Shown here piece by piece: positions 35,684-48,525 of a stretch of 64,000 nucleotides of DNA (the stretch's first letter is position 1; every line of letters begins with the position of its first letter). Position numbers and translations under genes: made by a program. Origin of the DNA: Phyllosticta citribraziliensis (Eukaryota); contig NW_027117346.1 of NCBI RefSeq assembly GCF_038025025.1, positions 868,001 through 932,000 of the forward strand, read 5' to 3'. Under the pieces are notes generated by a model. That model had not been told where the DNA came from. It saw nothing but the letters and a program-made list of their open reading frames with translations, and searched no databases.

Positions 35684-38600
35684 CTAGTAGCCACCGTTGA
35701 CATTGCCGTTTACACCGTTGTTGACACCGTTGACGCCGCCGTTGGGACCGCCGTTCATTCCGCCGTTGATGCCGCGGTTGTACGAGAACGTCTGCTGAAC
35801 AGCAGCCTGAAGGTTGTTGGGCACAGCGGCATTGGTGAGCCGGTGAGGCTGCGGGGAGGCCAGGTTGGAGCCGAATCCGTTGGACATGTTGTTGAACGGC
35901 TGACCATTCATCGGCTGGGTGGAGCCAAGCGCCATGGTCGCTGGGTATGCCAGCTGGTTGGGCGCGCCGGTGGCAATGGGAGTGATGTTGCCGCTGGAGC
36001 TGCCGCTCATGCGACCATCGAACTCGTGGACCTTGGTCGCGATGCGGCGACCATAAGGCGTAGAGCGAATGGAAGGCAGCATCGGGCGGCAGGCCTCCAC
36101 GAGGCGGACCTTGGTGGGGGCATCCGAGTAGTCCAGCTACAGCACGTTAGCAAAGTCGGCCGACGTAGGAGAAGGCTACTACTCACAGCAGTCTGGACGA
36201 CGTAGTTGCCGTAAGAGTCGCGAATCAAACGCTCAAGCTCGCCAACCTGGAGAAGCTCTTCAATCAACGCGCGCTTGGACTCGGCATTGGAGACACGGAT
36301 GCACTGGAGCTGTTAGCGACGTCAAGGTAGAAGTTGGTTCGAAAACATACCTTTTCCATCACGTTGGAACTGAACTTCTGCTTGGACAGCTGGCAGACAC
36401 GGCCACGGAAGCTCTGGCACAGAGGGACCGTGAAGCCCTCCTCTTGCAGGTCCAGAATGTATTGCACAACGTAATTGCCGAAGGGATCCTGGACGAGGCT
36501 GATGGCGTTGCCCGTGATCTGGGCAATCAGAGTGTTCCTCTGGTGGCCAGAAGAGTGATCGATGCAACGCTGAAGAACGCAGCAACCATGGCGGTGAGTA
36601 CCAACAATGACACAAGCATCGCCCACAGCATGGAAAATGAAGGCGGCGTCCTCAGAGCCGAGATGGTTCAGGCACTTTTGGATGACGTGGTTACCGTTGA
36701 GGTCCTGGATCAGAGTAACGACGTTCTGGCAGAGCGCAGCGATGATGGTGTTGATCTGGTCGCGGGTAGACACGTATTCGATCATCTTCTGCAGAGCCCT
36801 CGTGCCATGCTGGTTCAATGCGATAGAAACCATTTGGGGAGCAGCGTTGATGATGAGACGGGTGCGCTGCTCGTCGTTGCAAAACTCCAACATCTTTTGA
36901 CACAGGTAGTTGGCGAAGGGATCCTGCATGAGGTCGACGACATGCTCCTTGGTGGCGTCGAAGATCTTGCGAACAACGTCCAGGTTGCGACCCTCGATCT
37001 GCTTCTGCAAGTAGCGGCAGCCATGCTGATCCTTGCAGAGCTCAACAATGTCGTGGGGCAAAAGCGAATCGAAGTTGTAGTTGGTTTGCGACCGCAGGTG
37101 GTCCTGATGGTTCTGCATCCGGCGCTGCTGGATGACGCGGGCCTGGCTGTCGGGGTAGCGAGGCTGAGGTGCCGGGGCCGTGTACTGGCTGTACTGGCCG
37201 TACGCGTTGGCGTAAGGGCTGCTGAGCATGCCATTCATGCTAGCGAGGCCGTTCATGGCATTCATACCCGTCATGTTGAGGCCGTTGATGCCGTTCAAGT
37301 TGGGCATTGGCATTTGACCGTAGGAGGGCTGGCCGCCCAGAGGCTGGTTGCCATATTGACCGACCTGAGCGCTCAAGTTCAAGTTTTGCATGTTCATGCC
37401 CATCATTCCGTAGCCACCGTAGTTGAAGTTGGTGGCAGGGTACTGAGGGGCCTGGGGAGGCGACATGGTGTTGAGCGCGTTGGTGTTGAGAGCGGTTGTG
37501 GGGGGCGAAGAAACGGCAGCAGTGCTCGCAGGCATGAGCGCGTTGTTGTTGTTATTGTGATTGGGACCGAACGGAGCGGCACTCGCGTGAAGGCTCGACC
37601 GGGGCGAGCGGAAGCTCTGGTGCTGGTCTTGCATCTGATTCTCAGAGGCAGAGACGTCACGGCTGTGAAGCGCGGTCGCGGGAATGCGGCCCATGCTTGC
37701 GTTATGCTTGTGAAAGTGATTCTCAGCGTGAGTGTTGATGCCTGTGTTGGAGTTGGAGGTGCCCAGGCCGTTGGCGTTCTTCATGGTGGGGATGTCGTTG
37801 GTCGAGTACGACGACGACAGCTTGGGCATGCCGTTGGAGGCGGGCGGGCTAGAGAGCAGACCCGGGCGCTTCTGGTCGCCGAAACCAGTAAATCTGACTT
37901 CGGTAGAATGCCTGTTGCTCAGGTTCGTGCGCCCGTCCGAAATGTTGTTGCCAAAATCGAACTCGTCAGACTTGTGAAGATTGTTCGCGGGCATACTGTG
38001 CTGGGCGACGTGGCGGCTGCGGGTGGGCTGCCAGTCGTTGGCGGTTGTGGGCACCTCGGGGCCAGGCTCGCCGGGGGAAAGAGCCAGGTCAAGGGCGGCC
38101 GAGCTGGCCGACAGGCGCATGGAGCCGTCGCCGTCGCGACGAACCAAGATGGGGAACTTGTCGTCGGTGGTGTTCATCTGGAGATAGCTTTTGACATCGG
38201 GCGAAGCGGCAGGGTTGTGATCTCTACCGTTCCTCAGTTGGTCGTCGTCGCCGAAGAAATCCATGTGGCCCAAGACGGATTTGAGGTCCGGAAGGCCAGT
38301 GCTGTTGTCGGCGTGGATGCGCTGACGAAGGTCAAGGCCAGTGACGGGGACAGAGTTCCTATTGAGACTTTGACACGATTAGCTTGTGAGCGAGCAGACG
38401 CGCAAAACGCGACGGAATGCAGGTTGACGTTAAAGGCCACCGACTGCAAGGGCGAGGCTAGGACCAGCTCGTCGGCGCTCAGTTTGCAGGCGAAGGGGCC
38501 AGGTAGAAACGCGAAGCCAAGCAAGAATTTTGCGCGTTGGGGCAGGGTTACACGGTCAGGCGAGGATCTTCAAAAGGGTAAGACTTACGCAGCACCGGTG

Positions 38601-40106
38601 CGAGGATTCATGTTGGCGATGCTGAGCTCGTGAGAATCTTCTTCCTCGTCCGAACCACGACGAGAGCCAGGCATTGACTTGGATGGCATGTGCGAGATTC
38701 CGTGAGAGACGTGCGGAGGCGAGGTGATCTGGGAGCCCGAACGGCTTGGACGGTTCGAGAGCGTGGTGCCCGACTGAGGCGAGGTGAAGCTCTGGACTGA
38801 GTAGCGCTGGGGACGGGAGAAGGCAGTAGGGAAGCCGTTGTCGCGGTACTCGGGTGGAGTCGTAGGCTCGGACTGAGGCGCAGGCAGATTGGTGCGATTG
38901 ATCTCGTCGCCAAAGCGGGAGTAGTCAATCTGCGTGCCCTTGAATGGCTTCTCGTAGCTCTCCATCTCAGCGTCGAACCGCGCACGCTGCTCCTTGAGAG
39001 CCTCCAGGTCGTTCTTCTTCTTCTCAAGCTGATGCTTGTTAGCCGACCTGTCGCTACCAATCACAGTCGTAGCACCGCTCGAAAAGTGAGAGTATGCCGA
39101 AGACGTATCAGTGGGCAAGGGAACACCTCCAAAACTGTCAGAGGTTGGGGTGTTGAGAGAACCCTCTGAAGGAGGATAAGAAGACATGGTTTGTGCAGTA
39201 CCGTAGCACGTTACTTTGGGTATCAAAGCCACGGGCAACAGGCGCTGAACTTGAATGCAGAAGTGCGAACCACCAGGGAGCTGGAAGAAGCTCAAGGGTG
39301 ATGAAGGGACGTAACAACGAAGCAAAGAGAAGGGCAGAGGAGAGGATGATGCGGAGGATGAGAAGATGGTGCGGAGGAGGAGGAGAAAGATCGTGGAGGC
39401 GGAGTTTTAACAACCTCATGCGGCCCCCGCTTTGAGCACAGGGCGAGTGACGCCGTTGAACGTCGAGAAGTGAAATGAACTAGCCCATGTTTGGGCGCTG
39501 ACAGACAAGGCACATGGGAAACGCGCATCGAAATCAAAACGCGAAGAGGAAATACTGCGCCTACCATTTGGACCTTGTGAAATGTCTGTGACAATCAGCC
39601 TCGAGTCCCAATTGGCAGCAACTGCTCCTCCATACGAAACCAAATGCCAACGCCAATTGCCAAACGCCAAGGACGATGCCCGAACACCCAGTTCCGCAGC
39701 AAGCAGCACCACCCCGGATGACGAGAAAAGAGCAAGGAATGAAGAAGAAGACTCAATTGGAGCTGAAGAGCTGGGGAGAGGTGCCAGAGGCGGATGGGAT
39801 GAGACGAAGCAGATGGAGAGAGCTTACCGCGGAGGTGAAATCGACGCTCTCTGCGGCCTGTCGGCGCTGCTGGCCAATTGGCGACAATGGGGATATTGTG
39901 GGCAATGTTGGTACAGTGTTGGTCGTAAAGCGCCGTGGCAAGGTGGCGCGGGCGTCATTTGCAGTCGACGTGTGGGCCTGCATTTGGCTGGCAAGACTGC
40001 GAATGGGGGAGGTAAAGCCAGGGAAAGACGACTCGTCGCGAGGAGACTGGGGACTGCGAAAGCGGCGGTCCTCGGGGCGATCCCCCAGGCCGTTGGAAAA
40101 GGCCAT
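35684..40106 (-). CDS. PUF4: Pumilio-family RNA-binding protein, Puf4/Mpt5 type; 6 coding exons including a 21-nt microexon
   Basis: Eight PUF repeats with recognition motifs CRYLQ, NYLCQ, TRALQ, NHVIQ, CCVLQ, NYVVQ, SNVME and NYVVQ (Puf4-like code). Exons at 40106-39828, 39585-39565, 39028-38589, 38358-36351, 36303-36187 and 36136-35684. Confidence 0.9.
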
Positions 40107-43023
40107 GGTGTTCTACCTGAATGGGGCCCGAGACATCAGCATGGGCGTGAAGAAGGGAGACGTGTGGGGTTGGCTGGCTGGTTGGTTGGGGCTGGCGGAG
40201 CGGCCAAGCTAAGTCAAGTTGCGCTCGGAACCAGCTCAGTCTCGCAGTCTTGACAGAGGCAGAGAGACGGGGCGCTCACACTCAAAATCGTACACAGGGC
40301 GGGCGCCCTCTGAAGTCCGGACTCGACTCGAAATTCGAAGGAGGGCGCACAGGAGACTGCGAGGTGGGCTGCAGAACTACCGCTACGTTGTACAGTGAGA
40401 CCCCTGGCACTTGGCCGTTGCTGGGACCAGAGGAGGGCCGAGGCGTCGATTCGAGAGGGCGGGACGAGGTATGGTACAGCAAAAATATCGTACAAGTACA
40501 GAGGGCCGGGTCGCGAGGTGTTGAGAAGAACAGAACGAACGAGGTAGGTCGCGAGAGAGAGAGAGAGAGAGGAACGGGACGAGTTTCAGGCGGGCGAGGT
40601 GCTTAATGCCGGAGACCCTGAGCAGCAGCAAGCCACCACGGAAAAGCATCCCAGCAGCGCAGCACGCCCAGAGTCCAGCACACGCATCGCCCCCATAGCT
40701 TCATGGCGTTAGGTTGCCCAGTAGCCGCCGACGCGCGTGCTGCGTGATTGGGGCGAACTCTCTCCCGTTCCCACTCCTCGATCCTCTCTTTGACACCGTC
40801 TGCGTCCTCACGTCATTCGCACCACCGACTCGCGATCGACAAGTCCCAGATCAGCACTGCGCCAGCTCCAGCTCCAGTCGGGCGGCAATACTGTGCGGTG
40901 TTGTATAGTCACCTACGACCAGTTGAGGCCAGTCCGGCGCCAGCGCCAATAGCTGCCCCCGCACTGCGCGGGCTGGACTCGGCCTGGCCCATATAACGGC
41001 GACGCGGCGGCGACTACGACTACGACTACCGGGCGACGACAACGGCTCCCGCGGCTGTAGAGGCGTCGCGTGCTTTGCGGTGTGCCGGTGGTGGTCAATG
41101 AGGTGTCGTCGCGGTGGTTGGACGAACCAACCAACCTTACCTTGCTTCGATGCCAACCCACCCACTCACTCGTTCGCCTTCCTGCCACCTTGACCGCGAC
41201 CCGGACCTGGACCTGGACTGGACCTGGTACAACCAAGCAGCGCATTGCCAAAGAGGCTTTGGCGGCCACTCTACACCGCCTGTCCCCCCAACGGTCCTCG
41301 GCGTGTTTGCTCATGGCTGGACTTCTAGTGCCTGACTAGACCGCAACAATGCAAGCGGCGGCATGTAACCGCGTCCCTAATCGATTGTCGGCCTAGGGCG
41401 TGGAGCATGGCTACCCAGGCGTGAAACAGCCTTGGCCGCTGACGATGACGACTTTTGGGCGGTCCGAAGCGGCGAGGCGCATGCCGCGGCGATTGAATTG
41501 CAGCCGCCGCCCAAAACCGTGGCCATGGCGAGAGTGGAGGTCTTTGGGAACCTGTGAGTCGCGCGAGACGACTCAATCATTTTCTCAACAGCCGCGCCAG
41601 CCCTACCGACAGCTTCGACCACCAAGCGGAGCGCGCTCGCGGGCGGGATCTTCTGGATTGTGCCGAGCACGGGGACGATTGCGCGCTCTGCCACCCCGAG
41701 ATCTCCATGACTTTGCAACGCCTCTGACTCGCTGGCTGCGTCGCGTACCTCTGCTCTGGTATCGTCCGAAAGGAATCGCGGGGCAGCCTTCAGAACTCTC
41801 CATACGTGTCCACCTACCTACCCAAACCGCGTTGCGTCGGCCCAATCGTTTGACCATTGTCTGCTAGCTAGCTACCACCTACCTCCGTCAGAAAGTAGCA
41901 CGTTGCATCCGGTCACTTTTGGCCGCGCCGGCAAGGCGCCGTTCGCCTCTCGTCTTCCTGCTGCAGGCACGAGACTGGACCCACGACAGAGGACCCAGCA
42001 TCTGCACTCTTCGGCCTTTTCTGGCCGTCATCAAGTCCAGTCCACCGGTCTGTCTGCCTGAATTGGTCAATTTGATGACTCTTAAGTCTGCTCCGAATGC
42101 GGAAAGCTGTGACCGCAACGTGGAAAACCGACAGAATGCTCCGAAGCTGTCTTCCCGCTTCTTGCGGCCCAAAAGTTTCGATGACCATATGCTTTCTTCT
42201 AACTCCAGTCCATCGCCAAAGTCTATGGAATATCCCAAGCCAAAGATCATGACAGTCCCTCGTTCGCGGTGTCATTTGAAGACAGGGATTTTCTCAACTA
42301 CTGCTCACAAGTGCTCTTTCCCATACGGACAAGTTTTGCATTGCTGCATCTCGCAAATGAAGGCCTAGAGCAGAGAGAATCATGGTCCCAATCTTTCCAG
42401 CATTTTGACAAGCCTTCACTCAATCGAAATACAACGCTAGCCGCTTTGTTGGTTTTCAACTCCAATCATACAAATTTCGTGGAATCTGGTACTTCAGAGG
42501 ACTCCTGGAAGGACTCCTGGAAGGCTTCTGGAAGAAAAGTAGAAATGGGTTGCGAGTATCAATCCCTTCGAGGAGTAGATTCAATAAAAGTGACCCTGAG
42601 AGTATTCTTTGGCCCGCTAGTTCTGTTGACTTGCCCCCTGCTCCAATTTTGCTCAAATGTCCAATGACGAGCATTGCTCAGTGCAGGGCAGCATTCTCAC
42701 CTGAGAAGTCAAGTTGCAGCGAGATTGACATATAGCTTCGCTGTAAATCAAGCTCACAACATGAACGCAGGGCAACACGTCACACTGCCATTGACGTGCT
42801 GACGCGGGGTACGGTAGTTGAGCAGACCTGGGAGCCTCAGGTTGACATGTGTGGCCAAGTCTCATGGTTATCGCCAAGGCATCAAGGCCGAAAGTCTTGG
42901 CAGTGCGGGACTCGCGACCGACATCTTCACCCTCGCTGCTCCGCATATCCACAACTCCCCTCTCCAAACCCATCCCTTCACTCTTGCCCACCGTAAATCG
43001 CAATCGGCGCGCAAGAAGCCAAC

Positions 43024-44814
43024 ATGTCCGCCGGTGCAAAGGCAAAAGCCTCCAAGAACGCTTGGCGACGCGCCAAAAGCAAGGCCGACAAGGCGAAAAA
43101 GGCAGAGGTAAGACATCGCACTCGACCTCATTCTCATCTGGATGCCGCTCACAACCACCAGATACCCGCTCCCGAATCGGAGGCCGTTCCCGAAAAGGCC
43201 AACGATGGTACCGCCGAACCTCAGGCTGAGCCCAAGACAGGAAATGAGACGGCGACCGCAACCAACGGTCAGCCCGCCGAGGGTGGCAATGACGTCGCCA
43301 TTGAAATGGAAGTAGACGACCCGCTGTACGAGCAATTCAAAGACATCTTCGATAGGTTTGGCTACGGCGAGCGGCAAGACGAGACCAAGGCCGACGACAA
43401 GCCTACCATCTACGAGGCCGAGGACGCCATATTCGACGAGGAGAGGGAGGAAGAACAGGAGCAAACAATTTCGAAAAGAGAGAGAAAGGAGAAGAATAAG
43501 TTGTCTGTCGCCGAGCTCAAGGCGCTGGTCAAGAAGCCTGAACTGGTCGATTGGACAGACACATCGTCACCCGACCCTCGCCTGCTGGTTGCCATCAAGG
43601 CTCACCGCAACGTCGTCCCTGTTCCCGCCCACTGGTCGCTCAAGCGCGAATACCTATCATCGAAACGTGGTATTGAGAAGCCGCCCTTTGCGCTGCCCAA
43701 ATTCATCCAGGACACGGGTATCGCCGAGATGAGAGACGCAGTACTCGAGAAGCAAGATCAACAGTCGCTCAAACAAAAGCAAAGGGAGCGGGTGCAGGGA
43801 AAGCTGGGAAAGCTTGACATTGACTACCAAAAGCTCTACGAAGCCTTCTTCAGATTTCAAACCAAGCCAGAGCTAACACGATATGGTGAGGTCTACTACG
43901 AAGGCAAAGAGTACGAAACCAACCTCAGGCACCTCCGGCCAGGCGAGCTCAGCGAGGAGCTCAAGGAGGCTCTCAACATTCCACCTGGTGCCCCTCCGCC
44001 GTGGTTGATCAATCAACAGCGTTTCGGCCCTCCCCCATCCTACCCATCTCTCAAGATTCCCGGTTTGAATGCCCCACCGCCTCCCGGTGCTCAATGGGGC
44101 TTCCATCCTGGTGGATATGGTAAGCCTCCCGTGGACGAATACAACAGGCCCCTTTACGGTGGCGATGTCTTTGGTGTGCTTCAACCGCAGCAAGAACAGC
44201 CTGCTGGTGAGCCGGTGGAGAGAACACTATGGGGCGAGCTTCAAGAACCCGAGGAAGAGTCTGAGGAAGAGGAAGAGGAAGAGGACGAGGATGGAGAGGA
44301 CGAGGATGAGGACATGGGTGGTATGCAGACTCCGGGCGGCCTCCAAACGCCCAGTGGCATGACTTCAGCTGTGCCGACCGAGTACGGCGGTACAGAGAGT
44401 GTGTCGGGCGAATTCAGCTTGCGCAAACAGAAGCGTGGCACCGAAACAGAGGAGCCGGCGCAACAGCGGTCGGCTTACACGGTCCTTCCTGAACGCGACG
44501 TTCGTGCCCAAGGCTTCTTTGGAAGCGAGCGTGCATATGACCTCAAAGCTTCGCAACAGGTGCCTGTGCTTGGCCAAGAGGACAGCAGTAGAAGAAAGAG
44601 GAAGGCTGGTGACATCGATGTTAGCGTTGATGTGGATGCGCTCGAGCGTGAAGACAAGCTGAGCAGAGACGAGATCAAGAAGCAGTACGAAGCGCAGCGC
44701 CATGCCGAACAGCAGGGAACCTGGGGAGGTTATCAAGACGATCTCAGCTCCATGATTGCCGAAGAGAGCGCGAAGAGGTTGAAGAAGGATCAGGAGCGCC
44801 GCAGTAGGCGCTAG
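43024..44814 (+). CDS. CUS1: U2 snRNP splicing factor SF3B subunit 2 (Cus1/SAP145)
   Basis: DUF382 (VPVPAHWSLKREYLSSKRGIEKPPF..LDIDYQKLYEAFF) plus PSP domain (PPPWLINQQRFGPPPSYPSLKIPG). Likely in-frame intron at 43108-43161. Confidence 0.94.
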   Translation: MSAGAKAKASKNAWRRAKSKADKAKKAEVRHRTRPHSHLDAAHNHQIPAPESEAVPEKANDGTAEPQAEPKTGNETATATNGQPAEGGNDVAIEMEVDDPLYEQFKDIFDRFGYGERQDETKADDKPTIYEAEDAIFDEEREEEQEQTISKRERKEKNKLSVAELKALVKKPELVDWTDTSSPDPRLLVAIKAHRNVVPVPAHWSLKREYLSSKRGIEKPPFALPKFIQDTGIAEMRDAVLEKQDQQSLKQKQRERVQGKLGKLDIDYQKLYEAFFRFQTKPELTRYGEVYYEGKEYETNLRHLRPGELSEELKEALNIPPGAPPPWLINQQRFGPPPSYPSLKIPGLNAPPPPGAQWGFHPGGYGKPPVDEYNRPLYGGDVFGVLQPQQEQPAGEPVERTLWGELQEPEEESEEEEEEEDEDGEDEDEDMGGMQTPGGLQTPSGMTSAVPTEYGGTESVSGEFSLRKQKRGTETEEPAQQRSAYTVLPERDVRAQGFFGSERAYDLKASQQVPVLGQEDSSRRKRKAGDIDVSVDVDALEREDKLSRDEIKKQYEAQRHAEQQGTWGGYQDDLSSMIAEESAKRLKKDQERRSRR

Positions 44815-45533
44815 AGGCCTGTTGACGAAGAAAAAGATAAAAGTATTACACACGCTGAAGAAGGATCTGGCAAAGCTCCAGACGGTCAAGATACCAATTG
44901 AACAACGGAATTGCATTGGGAAAGGGTTCCATAGCCGGCGGGCGTTGGAGGATGGCGAAATTTCCGGAGTGATGGACAGGAGTACCACTAAGAAAATGCT
45001 TTGCTCTTTTGCCACGGATCCCGATGTCGACTGCGCTGGAGACAAGACGTGAAACTGTCAAGAAGCACACCTGCTGCCAAGGGAAACTTGATGACGACGA
45101 GCCACGCCTTGAGGATAGAGAGCTGACCATGTCTCACTGGATACAGGGCAGTTCCGCGGTCAATTTCCCCACAGGTCTCGCTGGGTTGCGTGGCACAGCG
45201 GGCAGCAGAGCCTCTGATCCGCCATGGCCACATCAGACCCAGACCGACGCCGCTCACATGAGCAATGGAGCAGCTGCATGAAGTCCCCAACAAGAAGAGA
45301 GGAGACCAAATAGACCGTCATTGAGCCATCCATTCTGACTGGATTGGGATTTGGACTGGCATCAAGTCCGAGCTTGGAGCGCAACCCACCGTCGGAAACG
45401 CCTGATCACGTGACTCGAGACTTGGCTGTTGGTCGAGCTCCTTTCTCGTTAGAAAACTTCGGCCATGAAAGCCATACCTACGCAACCGTACTATCGCAAC
45501 AACCAGGTCACCTCATCTGCACTCAGCATCGTC

Positions 45534-47413
45534 ATGGATCGCGAAAGAGACAGGGATCGCAGGTAAGTCATGCCCAGTGACGGCTTGTTGTGCTGTTGAC
45601 CCGGCCGCCGCCATCGCCATCGTGGTGGTCGTGCGCGGTTCACAAACACGGCCTCAAGCTACCACAACCACGGCGCCCACCCCCAACGCAGCACGAAACC
45701 TGACACAGACAACCCAACAGACCTGGCGGTGAGCGCTACGCTCCAGGAGCTTCTACTTACAGGCCTGGCCGCTCGCCTCCTCCCCGAGACAGCTACCGTT
45801 CTACACGATCACCGCCCCGTCGTCCTCCGCCCGCCGACACCTACGTTCCCGCCTCTAGCAGAATGGCACGCCCTCGAAGCCGATCGCCCGCCTTTCGTCG
45901 ACGCTCTCGCAGCCCTCGCGGTGGATACATGAGGCCAGAAAGTGATACATGGAGGAGGCCAAGGTCACCGCCTCGACGGGAATACTCTCCAAGGCGTGAG
46001 TTCTCGCCTCGTCCGGCTCGCTTTGATGACAGGAGGGACACACGACCTAGGTCGCCCCCTCGCGAGTTCATCAGTGACCGGTACGATAGGCGTTCGCCTC
46101 CGCGTATCAGAGAGCGTTCGCCGCCTCCATTGAAGCGCAGCAGAGACGTTTCGCCCGTGGGCAGCCGCGGCCGCTCACCCCCGCCAGCAAAGAGAGAGAG
46201 GCTGGCTTCGCCGCCGCCTAGAGCGAACAGATATGAAGAACCAAGGCCAAGGGCCTACAGGTACAACAGGATGCCGTGGGGCGGGCCTGACCGTCTGTCT
46301 ACTTACACTGAACATAGTCCTCCGCGACGTCCCTTCTCCCCGCCTCGTGAGCGGAACTTTCGCCCGCGCTCTCGCTCGCCCCCGCCTCGCGAAGATAGGG
46401 TTGATCCGTACGGAGTTGACACTTGGAGGCGTCGGTCTCCGTCTCCACCAAGATTTGCGACGTTGGACGCCGGCGTCCGGTCCGGTCGTGAATCCGTCGC
46501 GTCGTCGCGCCGCTCTTCACCTCCCGTTCACCCCAGCAGACTCGGATTGGTTGCCGACGACCGTCCGCCTCGACCTACCGACTTTTCTCCAAGGCCGCGC
46601 TCGCCGTACCGCCCTCCGCGCTCGCCGCTTGAGCGAGAACGTTCTCCACCTAGGCGTGAGCCAATGCCGATCCGCGAGCCTCTTCCATCACGGGAACGCG
46701 AGTATACAAACGGCAATGGTCCACCCCCCAGCGGTCCTCGTAATGGCGACTTTTCCCGCGTCCCACCCACTGGACCAGCAGGTGGACGCTACGGTCCAGC
46801 CATGTCACCTCCGTCAGGTCCCTCCATGTCCATGTCGGCGCACAGCCGCAATGCGAACCCGATACTCAGTGCACCTTCTAGACCTCGCGGTGGTGGACGT
46901 GGCAGTTTCGGACGAGACTATTCTCCATATGAGCCTGCTCCTCTAGGACCTCGACGCGGATCGGGCCCGTGGGCAGCACGCGGAGGCGGTCCATCCTATC
47001 ACAGCGGTCCACCAACGGGACCTCGCGGCGGACACCACGGCGGCTCAGCACCTTTCCGCGGCTCAGCAAACAGCACGTCGACGACGTATCCGCGAACGCA
47101 GCGCTTCAACACGACGACCACAACACAGCCTCCGCCAAGCCCAGCCCAGAATTATCTCGCCGACTTGCCACCCATCATCCCTGGCGGCCAGAAGCAAAAG
47201 GACGTGGTCGACTCGAGCCGCCTCTCAAAGCTCGAAGACGAAGCCAGGAAGCTCCGCGAGCTCATTGCCGAGAAGGAAGCCGTGGGTCGCCGCGGCAAGC
47301 TGGAATGGGATCGCATGGAGCGCGAAGGCGAGACGGCCAGCCTCCGGGCCGACCTGGCGGATGAGCATCTCAGGAACCTCAACGGCGAGCCGATGAGCAA
47401 CGCGGCGTTTTAG
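45534..47413 (+). CDS. Arg/Ser/Pro-rich (SR-repetitive-matrix-like) protein with C-terminal coiled coil; 3 exons
   Basis: Exon 1 MDRERDRDR, then intron 45563-45720 (GTAAGT..CTGAC..CAG) joining in frame to the RSRSP-rich ORF. A second intron lies at 46261-46317. Confidence 0.82.
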
Positions 47414-48525
47414 ACGGATGCCGCGTCGACGGAGCCGCCGGAGCGCCAGGTATGCAGTAGGGGTTATGCTTGGTGATGCAGACATTGCGATGAATGGCGG
47501 ATGGTGGTCCAACACTATTTGGTGTACGATTCGACAGAGCGATTTCAACTCGACCACCCGGCCCTTGAATTCACAGCCGCGGTCTGCTGGTTCGACCAAG
47601 AGGTACGGCGCCCGGCCGAGACAACAAAAAAACCGAACCTCAAGCTTCCTTGTACCACTACTACTACGACTTGGACCCACTCCGCCCAGTCTTTACGGCA
47701 GAATACTCGTCTGCGTCTCTCACGATCACGGATAGTCTATGGCGATCAGAATGCTCCCTCGACTTACGACTAGAGTCCCCGCGGGAATCACGACCGCTTC
47801 TACCCCTACCTGCCTCCCATCTTCCCCCTCCCCCCGTCCTTAATCCCACACTTTTCCCCCTCCCGCCCACACTTCTCCCGTCCTTCGTCGGCTTTTTTGT
47901 CTCTTTCTTCCCTCCCTCTTCTCCTTCGTCTCTTTCTGGATAATCTGGCGCAGGAGGCGCATGGCGTCTGTCGGTCGTGGCCGTGGTGATGGCTGCGGTG
48001 GTGGTGGCCCGTGTCGTTGTCATGGCGCTGAACTGGACTGATGGACTTCTTTTCAAAATGCGGACCGGGATGACGACGGTGTTGTGGCTGGTTCAGTTGG
48101 CTGGCTGGTGCGGATGCGATGGCCCGTCTGTCCTTCCGTCCTTCCGGTCTGAATGGAGTTACCCAGTGATAGTAAACAAAAAATTCAATTGATGAATGGC
48201 ATCATGCATGGATGGAGAGATGGAACGATGGGATGCTCCTGGGTGTGCTGTGTTAATTTGACTTGTCGACTTGTTTTTGATTGGCTCCTGAAGAGGCTTC
48301 CTGTCGGGCGACAGCGTGAGAAATGGCGGATTGGTGGTTCGCGGAAAGGAATACCAAGAGCAGCCACAAGTCACATTGCATGATCCATGTTTATCCATTC
48401 ATCGCACGTGCGCTTTGAAGCTCAAGTTCAATGGGTATTGTTTTTGACTTGCCTATCCAATGCTGACCTATCTGCCAATCACTCATCCCAAGCTCTATCA
48501 AGGGCCGTTGAAATGGACGGCCTAC

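Noticed and set aside
36444..38633. 729-aa + strand ORF, and similar long antisense ORFs at 29699-30913, 53524-54984, 60275-61675 and 8168-8869
   Set aside because: These are antisense shadows of real genes with strong C-ending codon bias, and their translations have no protein-like motifs.
23552..46317. Five stop-free 3n introns (IWS1, NUP57 x2, CUS1, SR protein) suggesting regulated intron retention
   Set aside because: About 5 of ~30 short GC-rich introns is roughly what chance would give, so there is no evidence of enrichment.
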